From positions 28,519 through 92,518 of the forward strand of contig JACQFS010000134.1 of assembly GCA_016199935.1 (NCBI GenBank): a stretch of DNA of 64,000 nucleotides. The letters are read 5' to 3'. A program made the translations under genes and the position numbers. Below, one piece after another: positions 1-10,147 of the stretch. This DNA comes from Verrucomicrobiota bacterium (GTDB taxonomy: Bacteria; Verrucomicrobiota; Verrucomicrobiia; Limisphaerales; JACQFS01). Position 1 is the first letter of the stretch, and each line of letters opens with the position of its first letter. Below the pieces are notes generated by a model, which saw only the letters and a program-made list of their open reading frames with translations, did no database searches and was not told the origin of the DNA.

Positions 1-109
1 ACTTCAGCGGCGACCCGGCGAGGAATTGACGGCGGGGTGGGCGCATCAGGCCGAACTCTCCGGTAACGCCCCCGCGTCCCTCGCGTCATACGGATTGACC
101 ACACCTCAA

Positions 110-1432
110 ATGAAACCAACTCTCGCGGACCTGACCTGCGTTTCAATCGCCCTGATGGCCAGCGTGCATCTTGCCCGCGCCGCGTCGCCGTTGGAAACGC
201 CCACGCACCGGGAGATCGCGCCCATCAAGTTTCCCATCGGCGACGAGGGGACGCTCAAGACCATCGCGATGGACAGCCGGGGCAACCTGCTCGTCGGCGT
301 TTCGTGGAAGGCGGGGGCGGCAAACAATCCGCCGAACGCCCCGCGCCCCGCAGTTTCGCCCGCGCCCGCGAGCGCGCCGCCCAAGAATCCCCAGCAGACG
401 CTCGCCCGGCTCCGCGAGGCCGTGCAGAAGGATTCGCGCCCGGGCTGGGACCAGTTGCTCAAGGAGGTGACGCCCGGGGATTTCCGCGCCGTGATGATGA
501 ATGCCAGCCCCGAGACGCGCCGTGAGATCATGCCGCATCTGCCGGAAGGCGTCCGCACCACGTTGATGCAGGAGATGGGACGGCCCGCCGGTGCGGGCGC
601 GCCGCGCGGATCACGCGATTCGTCCGCCGAGAACCGCGGCGGCATCATGCCGCAACTCTCCACGGATCACGAGGGGCACGCCTACGCACTCAAGGTCGTC
701 AGCCCCGAGGGCAAGGTGCTCGCCACGTGGCCGATGACCGACGGCCTCGCGCCCAAGATGATTTTCGGCTGTGACGACGGCACGGTGTATGTGGCGGGCG
801 GCGGGCGGCTGGCGCAGTTTACCGCCGAGGGAAAACTGGTGAAGATGGTGGACACCGACAAGATTTACGGACAGAAGGCCGCGGCGAGCGGGCTGTGCGG
901 GGACAAGGACCACGTCTTCATCGCGTTCGGCATGGGCAACAGCATGCGCGCGACGGAGGATTTTTACCGGTTCAAGCGCGACCTCACCGAGCCGAAGTTG
1001 ATCGTCGAGCGGCAATATGGTTGTTGCAGCCACATCGACCTGCGCGTCGTCGGCAGCGAACTGCTCATCGCCGAGAACTCGCGCCATCGCGTGAACCGCT
1101 TCGACCTCGACGGCAAGCCGCTCGGCACGTGGGGCCGGCGCGATCGCGAGAGCCTCGCGGGGTTCACCGCGTGCTGCAACCCGTGCAACTTCGATCTCGG
1201 CAAGGACGGCGTGCTTTACACCGCCGAGTCCGGCGTGGGGCGCGTGAAAAAATATTCGCCCGACGGAAAATTCCTCGGCCTGGTCGGCTACGTGGACACG
1301 ACGAAGTTCGACAACGGCAGCCAGCTCGCCGCGCAGTCGTGCTACATCCCCATCGAGGTGAACCAGGACGCGAGCCGCATCTACGTGATGGACGTGCGCG
1401 CCGCCGTCATCCGCGTGCTCGCAAAAAACTGA
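110..1432 (+). CDS. Secreted NHL-like beta-propeller protein with a Pro/Ala-rich insert; function unknown
   Basis: ORF 26..1432. ATG at 110 is followed by a signal-like segment (MKPTLADLTCVSIALMASVHLARA). The C-terminal half has blade-like repeats (RFDLDGKPLG, FDLGKDGVLY, KYSPDGKFLG, RIYVMD). Confidence 0.6.
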   Translation: MKPTLADLTCVSIALMASVHLARAASPLETPTHREIAPIKFPIGDEGTLKTIAMDSRGNLLVGVSWKAGAANNPPNAPRPAVSPAPASAPPKNPQQTLARLREAVQKDSRPGWDQLLKEVTPGDFRAVMMNASPETRREIMPHLPEGVRTTLMQEMGRPAGAGAPRGSRDSSAENRGGIMPQLSTDHEGHAYALKVVSPEGKVLATWPMTDGLAPKMIFGCDDGTVYVAGGGRLAQFTAEGKLVKMVDTDKIYGQKAAASGLCGDKDHVFIAFGMGNSMRATEDFYRFKRDLTEPKLIVERQYGCCSHIDLRVVGSELLIAENSRHRVNRFDLDGKPLGTWGRRDRESLAGFTACCNPCNFDLGKDGVLYTAESGVGRVKKYSPDGKFLGLVGYVDTTKFDNGSQLAAQSCYIPIEVNQDASRIYVMDVRAAVIRVLAKN

Positions 1433-1490
1433 TCCGATGCGACCGCGCTGCGACGAAAAAGGGGACGTAGGCGAAAAATTTGGGCGAAAA

Positions 1491-3464
1491 ATGTTTCTCA
1501 AATTTTTCGCCCCGATTTTTTGCCTCCTCTTCTGCCCGTCCCTGTTCGCGGCTCCGGCGCCGCTGCAACTCATCGTGATGGACCCGCTGGCGTTGCAGCT
1601 TTCCTGCGCGTGCGTGAAGGGAACGGGCCAGCGGCGCTACAACGATCTCGCGGCGCATCTGGAAAAATCCCTCGGCCGCCCCGTCAAGGTCACCTACGAC
1701 GAAAGCCTCGAACTCGCCCGCCAGCAGACGCGCGGCGTCGCGGACCTCATCATCGGCCAGGACTCGGTCGTGCGCGGTGACGCGGCGAAGCTGAAGCTCG
1801 CGGTGCGTCCGCTCGCGGCGCTCACCAACCAGCGCGGCGACACGACGCTCAAAGGCGTGTTCCTCGTGCGGAAAAACTTTCCCGCCCGTTCGCTCGCGCA
1901 CCTCGCGGGCAAGCGCGTCAGCCTCGGGCCGGTCGAGGACGAGGAGACGCACGCCGCCGCGCAGCGCGCGCTCGCGGCGGCGAACATCCACGCGAACTTC
2001 AGGACCGCCGCGAGCATTGACGCCGCTGCGCTCGCGATGAACGACGGCGAGACCGACGCCGCGGTGGTTTCCGATTTTCTCCCGCCGTTGCTCGAAGGCT
2101 GCGGCAAGCTCGACCGGGGTTCGTTTCAAATCATCGGCGAGACGGAGTCGGTGCCGTTCATCCGCGTCTTCGCCAGTGACGCGGTGGACGCGGCGCTGGA
2201 GGCGAAAATCACCCGTGCGCTGTTCGACGTCGCGAAGGACGCGAAGCTGCTCGCCGCGCTCGAAAGCAAGTCGGGCTTTGTCCCATTGCGCGAGGAGGCG
2301 GTCACGGCGTGGACCGACTGGCGCGGGCCGGGGCGCGCGGGCTTCGTGCCGCAACTGCCGCGCGCGCTGCCGGACCAACTCTCGCCGCTGTGGGCGACGA
2401 TGCTCACCGGGCCCGCGATGGCGGGCGTGGCGGCGACGGAGCAGTTCGTCGTCGTGCCGGACAAGTCAGCGGATTTTCAAAAAGACGTGTTCAGTTGCCT
2501 CGACGCCAAAACCGGCGGCGTGAGGTGGCAGCTTGCTTACGCCGCCCCGGAGGAGGTGGATTACTCGAACGCCCCGCGCGCGACGCCGGTGATCCACGAC
2601 GGCCTCGTGTATTTGCAAGGCGCGCTCGGGCATTTGCACTGCGTCGAGTTGGCGACGGGCAAAGTGATTTGGAAAGCGAACGTCTTCGCCGACTTCGGCG
2701 CGCAACGCATCACGTGGGGATGCTCCATCGCGCCGCTCGTCGTGGACGACAAGCTCATCATCGCCCCCGGCGCGAAGGACGCCGCCGTGGTCGCGCTCGA
2801 TCGCAAGACGGGCAAGGTGATCTGGAAAACGCCGGGCCACGCGGCGGCGTATTCGGCATTCATCTCCGGCACGTTCGACGGCGTGCGGCAGATCATCGGC
2901 TTCGATGTCGCGGGCATCGGTGGCTGGGATCCGGCGACGGGCAAACGTTTGTGGGAAGTCGTGCCGACGGACGGCGCGGATTTCAACGTCATCACGCCCG
3001 TCGTGCTGGGCGACCAGTTGCTCCTCGCCGGCGAGAACAACGCGACGCGGCTGCACAAGTTCGACGGCCACGGCAAACTCGTCGCCGCGCCGGTGTTGAA
3101 GAACAAGGACCTGGCGCCCGACACCTGCACGCCCGTCGTCGTGAACGGAAAAATTTTCGGCACGGCCTATGGTGACTTGTTCTGCGTGGACGCGACGACG
3201 TTGAAGACGCTCTGGCGGCAGACCGACGAGATGTTTCACGACCACGTCACGCTCGTCGCCGGCAAGGATCGCGTGCTGGTGTGGACGATGTCGGGCGACC
3301 TCCTGCTCCTGGACGCGACCGCGGCGGAATACAAAGTGATCTCGAAGCTGCGCCCGTTCACGGACAAGCATCCCGACTCGATGGCGCACCCGGCGTTCGT
3401 CGGCGACCGGATGTATCTGCGCTCGAAGACGCAACTGATCTGCGTGCGGTTGCCATCTCCGTAA
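1491..3464 (+). CDS. Fusion of a PhnD-like periplasmic binding domain with a PQQ/BamB-like beta-propeller
   Basis: ATG 1491 starts a signal peptide (MFLKFFAPIFCLLFCPSLFAAP). N-terminal ~280 aa look like a PhnD-type binding protein (LQLIVMDPLA, KGVFLVRKNFPARSLAHLAGKRVSLG). The C-terminal part carries repeated G.V.W blade motifs (GGVRWQL, GKVIWKA, GKVIWKT, GKRLWEV, LKTLWRQ). Confidence 0.65.
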   Translation: MFLKFFAPIFCLLFCPSLFAAPAPLQLIVMDPLALQLSCACVKGTGQRRYNDLAAHLEKSLGRPVKVTYDESLELARQQTRGVADLIIGQDSVVRGDAAKLKLAVRPLAALTNQRGDTTLKGVFLVRKNFPARSLAHLAGKRVSLGPVEDEETHAAAQRALAAANIHANFRTAASIDAAALAMNDGETDAAVVSDFLPPLLEGCGKLDRGSFQIIGETESVPFIRVFASDAVDAALEAKITRALFDVAKDAKLLAALESKSGFVPLREEAVTAWTDWRGPGRAGFVPQLPRALPDQLSPLWATMLTGPAMAGVAATEQFVVVPDKSADFQKDVFSCLDAKTGGVRWQLAYAAPEEVDYSNAPRATPVIHDGLVYLQGALGHLHCVELATGKVIWKANVFADFGAQRITWGCSIAPLVVDDKLIIAPGAKDAAVVALDRKTGKVIWKTPGHAAAYSAFISGTFDGVRQIIGFDVAGIGGWDPATGKRLWEVVPTDGADFNVITPVVLGDQLLLAGENNATRLHKFDGHGKLVAAPVLKNKDLAPDTCTPVVVNGKIFGTAYGDLFCVDATTLKTLWRQTDEMFHDHVTLVAGKDRVLVWTMSGDLLLLDATAAEYKVISKLRPFTDKHPDSMAHPAFVGDRMYLRSKTQLICVRLPSP

Positions 3465-3536
3465 CGCGCTCTTGGCAGCCGGCGGGAGATTGGTTAACAG
3501 TTTTCCAGACTCGCGCCGTCCAACTCCGCGCCACCT

Positions 3537-5069
3537 ATGCTAAAAAAAATCCGCCCCGCCGCTCCGCTTCGATCCTTGCTGCTCATCACGCTCACGTGCC
3601 TGCTCGCGTTGACGGCGACTGAAGCCGGCGCCGCGCGCAAGCCCAACATCATTTTCATCCTCGCGGACGACCTCGGCTACGGCGACGTGGGCGCGTTCGG
3701 GCAAAAACTGATCCGCACGCCGAACCTCGACCGCATGGCGGCGGAGGGGATGAAGCTCACGCAGCATTATGCCGGCAACGCCGTGTGCGCGCCGTCGCGG
3801 TGCGTGCTGATGACGGGCAAACATCCCGGGCACGCGTTCATCCGCAACAATCGCGAGATGAAACCGGAGGGGCAGTTCCCGATTCCGGCCGACACGGTGA
3901 CGCTGCCGAAGCTGCTCAAGGCGCAGGGCTACGTGACCGGCGGCTTCGGCAAGTGGGGCCTCGGCGGACCGGAGTCGTCGGGCGAGCAGACCAAACAGGG
4001 TTTCGATCGTTGGTTCGGTTACAACTGTCAGGGCGTCGCTCACAATTATTATCCGACCTCGCTGTGGAGTGATGTCACACGCTACCCGTTGAAAAACACC
4101 GCATTCTCGGCGCACCAAAAGCTTCCCGATGGTGCTGATCCGAAGAACGAGGAGAGCTACGCGCCCTACGTGGGGAAGGAGTATTCGGCGGACCTCATCG
4201 CCGAGCAGGCGCGGGAGTTCGTGCGCGCGAACAAGGGCAAAACTTTTTTCCTCTACTGGCCCACGACGGTGCCGCACCTCGCGTTGCAGGTGCCGGAGGA
4301 TTCGCTCGCGGAGTATAAGGACAAGTTCAACGACCAGCCTTACGACGGCACGCGCGGCTACCTGCCGCACCGCTATCCGAAGGCGGCCTACGCGGCGATG
4401 GTTACGCGCTTTGACCGCGAGGTCGGGCGCATGATGGCGCTGGTGAAGGAGCTCGGCCTCGACGAAAACACGCTCTTCGTTTTCTCCAGCGACAACGGCC
4501 CGCTGCACGGCACGCACGAGGGACTCGCCGGGACCGACAGCATTTTCTTCAACTCCGCCGGTGGCCTGCGCGACGGCAAGGGCTCGCTTTACGAAGGCGG
4601 ATTCCGCGAGCCGACGATCGCGCGCTGGACCGGCCGGATCAAAGCGGGCACGACGAGCGAGCGCGTGAGCGGCTTCGAGGACTGGGTGCCGACGCTGCTC
4701 GAAGTCGCCGGCGCGAAGGCCGCGACGCCGAAGGACGCGGACGGCATCAGCCTGTTGCCGACCCTGCTCGGCCAGCAGCAGCCGGAGCGGCCGTTTCTTT
4801 ACCGCGAGTTTCCCGCTTATGTCGGCTATCAAGTCGTGCGCATCGGCGATTGGAAAGGCCTTCGCAAAAACCTGCTTACGAAAGGCGCGAAGGCCAAAGC
4901 CGCGCAGCCCGATTACCACATCGAGCTCTACAACCTCCGCGACGACGTGGCGGAGACGACCGATCTCTCGGCCAAGCACCCCGAACTCGTCGCGAAGATC
5001 GAGGCGATCATGCGCGAGCAGCACACGCCCTCGGCGGAGTTTCCGTTTCCCGCGCTGGACAAGCGGTAG
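3537..5069 (+). CDS. Formylglycine-dependent arylsulfatase (sulfatase family)
   Basis: Signal peptide, then PNIIFILADDLGYGDVG and the C-x-P-x-R motif (CAPSRCVLMTGKHPGH). C-terminal sulfatase hallmarks (FSSDNGP, GKGSLYEGGFREP). Confidence 0.9.
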   Translation: MLKKIRPAAPLRSLLLITLTCLLALTATEAGAARKPNIIFILADDLGYGDVGAFGQKLIRTPNLDRMAAEGMKLTQHYAGNAVCAPSRCVLMTGKHPGHAFIRNNREMKPEGQFPIPADTVTLPKLLKAQGYVTGGFGKWGLGGPESSGEQTKQGFDRWFGYNCQGVAHNYYPTSLWSDVTRYPLKNTAFSAHQKLPDGADPKNEESYAPYVGKEYSADLIAEQAREFVRANKGKTFFLYWPTTVPHLALQVPEDSLAEYKDKFNDQPYDGTRGYLPHRYPKAAYAAMVTRFDREVGRMMALVKELGLDENTLFVFSSDNGPLHGTHEGLAGTDSIFFNSAGGLRDGKGSLYEGGFREPTIARWTGRIKAGTTSERVSGFEDWVPTLLEVAGAKAATPKDADGISLLPTLLGQQQPERPFLYREFPAYVGYQVVRIGDWKGLRKNLLTKGAKAKAAQPDYHIELYNLRDDVAETTDLSAKHPELVAKIEAIMREQHTPSAEFPFPALDKR

Positions 5070-5177
5070 GAGGGTGGACACCAAGCGCGCCGGATTTGCG
5101 GCTTGAATGTGGCGGGCGTTTCGTCACTTTATGCGCGTCACAGTCCGATTTCAAAAAACATCAGCCCGACCAAGCCT

Positions 5178-6614
5178 ATGATCCATCCCACGTGCCAGGA
5201 CCTTCAGATGCGGCCCGAAGATTTGTTCCTTAATCGCCGCCAGTTCCTCAACCGCGCGGGCATGGGCTTCGGCGCGTTCAGTCTCACCGCCCTCGTCGCG
5301 GCCGGGTTGCTCGATCCGGCCGCCGCGTTTGGCGCCGCGCCGGGCGCGAGCCACACGCCGCTCACGCCGAAGCAGCCGCACTTCACGCCCAAGGCCAAAC
5401 GCATTTTGCACATCTTCGCGTCGGGCGCGCCGTCGCAGATTGACACGTGGGATCCGAAGCCGGCGTTGAAGAAATACAACGACGCGCCGATGCCGGACGA
5501 CAAGAACGCCACCGGCTTCGCGTCGCCGTTCGAGTTCAAGAAGAGCGGCCGGAGCGGTGTCGAGACGAGCGAGGTTTTTCCTTAACTCGCCAAGCACATT
5601 GACGAGATGGCCGTCATCCGCTCGATGTATACCGACATGCCGGACCACGCCGCCGCGACGGTGATGATGAACACCGGCTCGACGCGGCTCGTGAAGCCGA
5701 GCGTCGGCTCGTGGATCACCTACGGCCTCGGCAGCGAGAACCAGAACCTGCCCGGCTTCATCTCGCTCTCGCCCGGCGGCATCGCGCCGGAAAATCTGCG
5801 CTCCGCCTTTCTCCCCGGCGCGTATCAGGGCACGCCGATCAACACCTCGGCCACTTCGATCGAGAAGATGATCGAGAACATCAAGAGCCGTTACACCTCG
5901 TTGCCCGAGCAGCGCCGCCAACTCGATCTGCTCAACAAGTTGAACGAGGTCCACGCGCAGAGCCAGCGCAAGGACGACAAGCTCGAGGCGCGTCTCCAGG
6001 CTTACGAGCTCGCGTATCAGATGCAGCTCGAAGCCACCGACGCGTTTGACATCAACAAGGAGCCGCAGGCCATGCGCGACCTCTACGGCGCGAACACGGC
6101 GCAGGGCAAGCAGATGCTCATCGCGCGCCGGCTTTTGGAAAAGGGCGTCCGCTTCGTGCAGGTCTGGCACGGCGGCTGGGATCATCACAACAATCTCGAG
6201 ACCGCCATGCGCCAGCGCGCGGGGGAAATTGACAAGCCCGCCGGCGCGCTCCTCACCGACCTCGCGCAGCGCGGGATGCTCAAGGACACGCTCGTCATCT
6301 GGTCCGGCGAATTCGGCCGCTCGGCCGCGGCGGACGGCGGCGTGCGCGGTGGTCAGTCGCCCGGCCGCACGCACAACGGCCGTGCCTTCTCGATGTGGCT
6401 CGCCGGCGGCGGCATAAAGGGCGGCACCGTCTATGGCCAGACCGACGACTTCGGTGACCGCGCGGTGGTGGACAAGGTTCACATCCACGACCTCCACGCG
6501 ACGATGCTCCAGCTCTTCGGCTTCGATCACACAAAGCTGACCTATCGCTACAACGGCCGCGACTTCCGCCTCACGGATGTTTACGGCAACGTCATCCAAA
6601 AAGTCATCGCCTGA
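5178..6614 (+). pseudogene. DUF1501-family (sulfatase-fold) protein interrupted by one in-frame TAA at 5583-5585
   Basis: ORFs 5103..5585 and 5607..6614 share a frame. Read-through gives SEVFP*LAKHIDEMAVIRSM, collinear with the intact paralog at 17262..18749 (SDFLPRTAAIADDLCFIKSM). Tat motif RRQFLNRAGMGFGAF; WHGGWDHHNN motif downstream of the stop. Confidence 0.6.
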
Positions 6615-6639
6615 GCCAGTGGTCCGGCCTTTTCCGCCT

Positions 6640-9600
6640 ATGAAAAACGGCTCGTTCGTTTCCCTGAAACTGGCCGCGGCCGGAATTTTTTCCGTCACCG
6701 CGCTCATCTCCGCCTCCGCCGCGGACGCGAAGCTCACGCCGCAGGAGCTGCAATTTTTCGAGTCGAAGATCCGGCCGATCTTCGCCGACTACTGCTACAA
6801 GTGCCACAGCCCCGGCGGAGAAAAAATCAAGGGCGGCCTCTCGCTCGACACGCGCGAGGGTTTGCTCAAGGGCGGCGACACCGGCCCCGCGCTCGTCGCC
6901 GGCAATCCCGACAAGTCGCTCCTCATCCGCGCCGTCCGCTACAAGGAGCAGGATCTGCAGATGCCGCCGAGCGACAAGAAGCTCCCGGCCAACCTCATCG
7001 CCGATCTCGAAGCGTGGGTGAAAATGGGCGCGCCCGATCCGCGTTCCGGCGCCGCGGCGAAGGTGGAATACAAAGTGGACTTCGCAAAGGCGCGTCAGCA
7101 TTGGGCCTTCAAGGCCGTCGTGAAGCCCGCCGTGCCCGCGCCCGCCGACGCGAGCGGCTGGGTGAAGACACCGATTGACGCGTTCGCGCTCGCGAAGATG
7201 ACGGAGAAGGGACTCACGCCCTCGCCGCAGGCGGACAAGACGACGTTGATGCGCCGCGCGACGTTCGACCTCACCGGCCTGCCGCCGTCTTCGAAAGAGC
7301 TGGATGAATTTCTCGCGGACAATTCGGCGAACGCTTTTGAGAAAGTCGTGGACCGTCTCTTGAGCTCGCCGCATTACGGCGAGCGCTGGGGCCGCCACTG
7401 GCTCGACCTTTCCAAATACGGCGAGACCAAGGGCGCGACCGCGCAGCGCGACAACCGCTACGTTTACGCCTACAGCTATCGCGACTGGGTCATCAAGGCG
7501 TTCAACGACGACCTGCCCTACGACCGTTTCCTCACGCTCCAGATCGCCGGCGACAAGCTCGCGCTGCCCGAGAACGAACAGCCGCACCTCGCGGCGATGG
7601 GTTTCCTCACGCTCGGCAACCGCTTCAACGGCTCGGTCAACGACATCATTGACGACCGCATCGATCTCCTCGGCAAGACGACGATGGGGCTGACGCTCGC
7701 CTGCACGCGCTGCCACGATCACAAGTTCGACCCGCTCCAGCAGAAGGATTATTACGCGCTCCACGGCATCTTCAACAGCAGCGCCGAGCCGGCCGAAGGG
7801 CCGATGGTCGAGAAGCCGAAGAGCGAGGCGCTCTACAAGCAGTTCCTCGGCGAACTCGAACGCACGAAGGAGGAGGAGCGCAAATGGTTCGCCGACTACG
7901 GCGCGCAGCAGTCCGTCGCGCTCCAGCAGAAGGCGGCCGATTACTGGCTCGCGCTCTACGACCTCAAGCACTCCGGCAGCAACACGACCGTGGGCGTTTA
8001 TTTTCAGCGGCGCGACATGAACCAGGGCATCGGCCGCGGATGGGAAGGCGTGCTGAAGAGTTACGAAAACAAATTCCATCCCGTGCTCACGCCGTGGATC
8101 GAGTTTTCCAAAATTCCACCGCGCGAATTCGCCGCCAAGGCGCGCGCGCTGTCGTTGAAGTTCGCCGCCAACGCGGACCCGGCGAAGAAGCTCAACCCCG
8201 TGGTCGCCCGCATGTTCAGCATCGCGCCGACCGCGATGTCGCAGGTCGCCGCGCGCTACAATTCGCTATTTTCCGACACGAGCCGCAGGTGGAACGCGAT
8301 TTACGAGCCGTGGAAGGAGGCCAGGCGTCGCGCCGCGCCCGACGCCAAGCTTGCGCCGGAGCCGACAAAGCTCGCCGACGCCAGCTACGAGGAAATCCGC
8401 CAGGTCACGCACGGCCGCGGCTCGCCGACGTTCATGGATGATAATCGCGTGCGCAGCCTCGCGGGCGGCGACAACCGCCTGACCGGTAAGATCGCGGGCT
8501 TCGAGCGCAGCCTCAACGACGTGAAGGCGAAGCACCCCGGCTCGCCCGCGCGCGCCAACGTGTTCGAAGACAAGCAGCGCGCCGAGAATTCCGCCATCAT
8601 GCTCCGTGGCAACGCCGCCACACGCGGGCCGGTGGTGCCGCGGCAGTTCCTCCAGATTCTTTCGGCGGGTGATCCCGTGCCGTTCAAGGAAGGCAGCGGC
8701 CGGCTCGAACTCGCGAAGGCCATCGCCACGAAGGACAACCCGCTCACGCCGCGCGTGATCGTCAACCGCGTCTGGCTCCACCATTTCGGCGAGGCCATCG
8801 TCCGCACGCCGGATGATTTCGGCACGCGCTCCGAGCCACCGACGCATCCCGAGTTGCTCGACTGGATGGCCGCCACGTTCATGGAGCAGGGCTGGTCCAT
8901 CAAGAAGCTGCACCGGCTCATCATGCTCTCGTCCGTGTATCAGCAGAGCAGCGATGACGACGCGCGCAAGGTGCAGCTCGATCCCGACAACAAATTCCTC
9001 TGGCAGATGAACCGCCGCCGGCTCGACTTCGAGGCGCTGCGCGACACCATTCTCGCCATCGGCGGCCGGCTCGACCTCACGATGGGCGGGCCCTCCGTGC
9101 GCCTGAACTCCGAGCCCTTCTCCACGCGCCGCTCCGTGTATGGCTACGTGGACCGCGCAAACCTCCCCTCGATGTTCACGTCGTTCGACTTCGCCAGCCC
9201 CGACCTCGTGACGGGCAAACGCGCCGACACCGTGGTGCCGCAGCAGGCGCTCTTCATGATGAACAGCTCGCTTGTCGTCGAGCAGGCGCGCAACCTTTCG
9301 CAGCGTGCGGATTTTCAGGCCGAGCCGACCCTCGAGAAACGCGTCGAGATGCTCTACCGGCTGATCTACCAGCGCGCGCCGCGTCCGGTGGAAAAACAGA
9401 TTGCGCTCGACTACATCCGGGGCGAACTCGGCGCTGCGGTGATCGCGCCCGCCGAGGGCGAACCCGCGTGGCTCTACGGCTACGGCGACATTGATCCCGC
9501 GCGCCGCACGCTCCGGCACTTCATCTCCATGACCACGTTCAACGGCTCGTGGACCGCGCCGACCGTGGCCGGCGACATGCGCGCGCCCAGCGTCAGCCTC

Positions 9601-10044
9601 AACGGCGGCGGCGGTTCGGCGACCGGCTACTTTGCCGTCGTGCGCCGCTGGGTCGCGCCGCGCGACCTGGTCGTCTCCATCGAGGGCACGCTCGGCCACG
9701 GCAACAAGGACAAGTCCGCCGTCGGCGTCACCGCGCGCATCGTCCACAGCCGCACCGGCCAGGCCGGCTCCACCTACACCGCGTTCCGCAACTCCGTAGT
9801 GACGAAGATTCCGGCGCTGACCGTGCGCGCCGGCGACACGATTGACTTCATCGTGGACGTGCGCGGCAATCCGCGGGGCGACTCGTTCAGTTGGGCGCCG
9901 GTGATCAAGACCGCCGGCGCGAAGCCGCAGGAATGGAGCGCGTCGAAGGACTTCGGCGGCGCCGTGGCCCCCGACCGGCTGAACGCGTGGGAAAAGTTCG
10001 CGCAGATCCTTTTGCAGACGAACGAACTCACGTTCATCAACTGA
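6640..10044 (+). CDS. PSCyt1 / DUF1549 (PSCyt2) / DUF1553 (PSD1) multi-domain protein (copy A)
   Basis: ATG 6640 with signal peptide. CxxCH module CYKCHSPGGEKIKGGLSLD...LQMPP; DUF1549-type WVKTPIDAFALAKM; DUF1553-type [11 protein letters not shown]; family-typical C-terminus NELTFIN. Confidence 0.9.
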   Translation: MKNGSFVSLKLAAAGIFSVTALISASAADAKLTPQELQFFESKIRPIFADYCYKCHSPGGEKIKGGLSLDTREGLLKGGDTGPALVAGNPDKSLLIRAVRYKEQDLQMPPSDKKLPANLIADLEAWVKMGAPDPRSGAAAKVEYKVDFAKARQHWAFKAVVKPAVPAPADASGWVKTPIDAFALAKMTEKGLTPSPQADKTTLMRRATFDLTGLPPSSKELDEFLADNSANAFEKVVDRLLSSPHYGERWGRHWLDLSKYGETKGATAQRDNRYVYAYSYRDWVIKAFNDDLPYDRFLTLQIAGDKLALPENEQPHLAAMGFLTLGNRFNGSVNDIIDDRIDLLGKTTMGLTLACTRCHDHKFDPLQQKDYYALHGIFNSSAEPAEGPMVEKPKSEALYKQFLGELERTKEEERKWFADYGAQQSVALQQKAADYWLALYDLKHSGSNTTVGVYFQRRDMNQGIGRGWEGVLKSYENKFHPVLTPWIEFSKIPPREFAAKARALSLKFAANADPAKKLNPVVARMFSIAPTAMSQVAARYNSLFSDTSRRWNAIYEPWKEARRRAAPDAKLAPEPTKLADASYEEIRQVTHGRGSPTFMDDNRVRSLAGGDNRLTGKIAGFERSLNDVKAKHPGSPARANVFEDKQRAENSAIMLRGNAATRGPVVPRQFLQILSAGDPVPFKEGSGRLELAKAIATKDNPLTPRVIVNRVWLHHFGEAIVRTPDDFGTRSEPPTHPELLDWMAATFMEQGWSIKKLHRLIMLSSVYQQSSDDDARKVQLDPDNKFLWQMNRRRLDFEALRDTILAIGGRLDLTMGGPSVRLNSEPFSTRRSVYGYVDRANLPSMFTSFDFASPDLVTGKRADTVVPQQALFMMNSSLVVEQARNLSQRADFQAEPTLEKRVEMLYRLIYQRAPRPVEKQIALDYIRGELGAAVIAPAEGEPAWLYGYGDIDPARRTLRHFISMTTFNGSWTAPTVAGDMRAPSVSLNGGGGSATGYFAVVRRWVAPRDLVVSIEGTLGHGNKDKSAVGVTARIVHSRTGQAGSTYTAFRNSVVTKIPALTVRAGDTIDFIVDVRGNPRGDSFSWAPVIKTAGAKPQEWSASKDFGGAVAPDRLNAWEKFAQILLQTNELTFIN

Positions 10045-10067
10045 GCGGCCCGAAAAATCTCTCGCAA

Positions 10068-10107
10068 ACTCCGCCGTGGCCCGCGCTCCGGTGGAGTTTT
10101 TCTTTTT
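10068..10107 (+). terminator. Probable intrinsic terminator after PSD1 copy A
   Basis: 12-bp stem (10068-10079 pairs with 10086-10097; 1 mismatch, 2 G-U) with a 6-nt loop, followed by TTTTCTTTTT. It lies 24 nt after the stop codon. Confidence 0.6.
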
Positions 10108-10147
10108 GACGCGGGCGGGGCGTGGGATTCAACTCTCCGCACCACCT

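Noticed and set aside
3540-5084. Very long ORFs antisense to, or out of frame with, clear genes. Examples: 3540..5084 opposite the sulfatase, 5151..6737, 6604..8079, 17250..18611, 26838..28943, 37028..38992 and 58 kb 57975..59333.
   Set aside because: Their translations are Arg/Ala/Gly/His-rich low-complexity strings with no motifs. Each mirrors a gene with strong family signatures on the other strand. This is the expected stop-codon depletion of a GC-rich genome.
5583-5585. Stop-codon reassignment (alternative genetic code) as an explanation for the in-frame TAA at 5583 and TAG at 63129.
   Set aside because: TAA (3464, 10738), TAG (5069, 57506, 61422) and TGA (many, including all ATGA overlaps) all terminate well-defined genes at family-typical C-termini.
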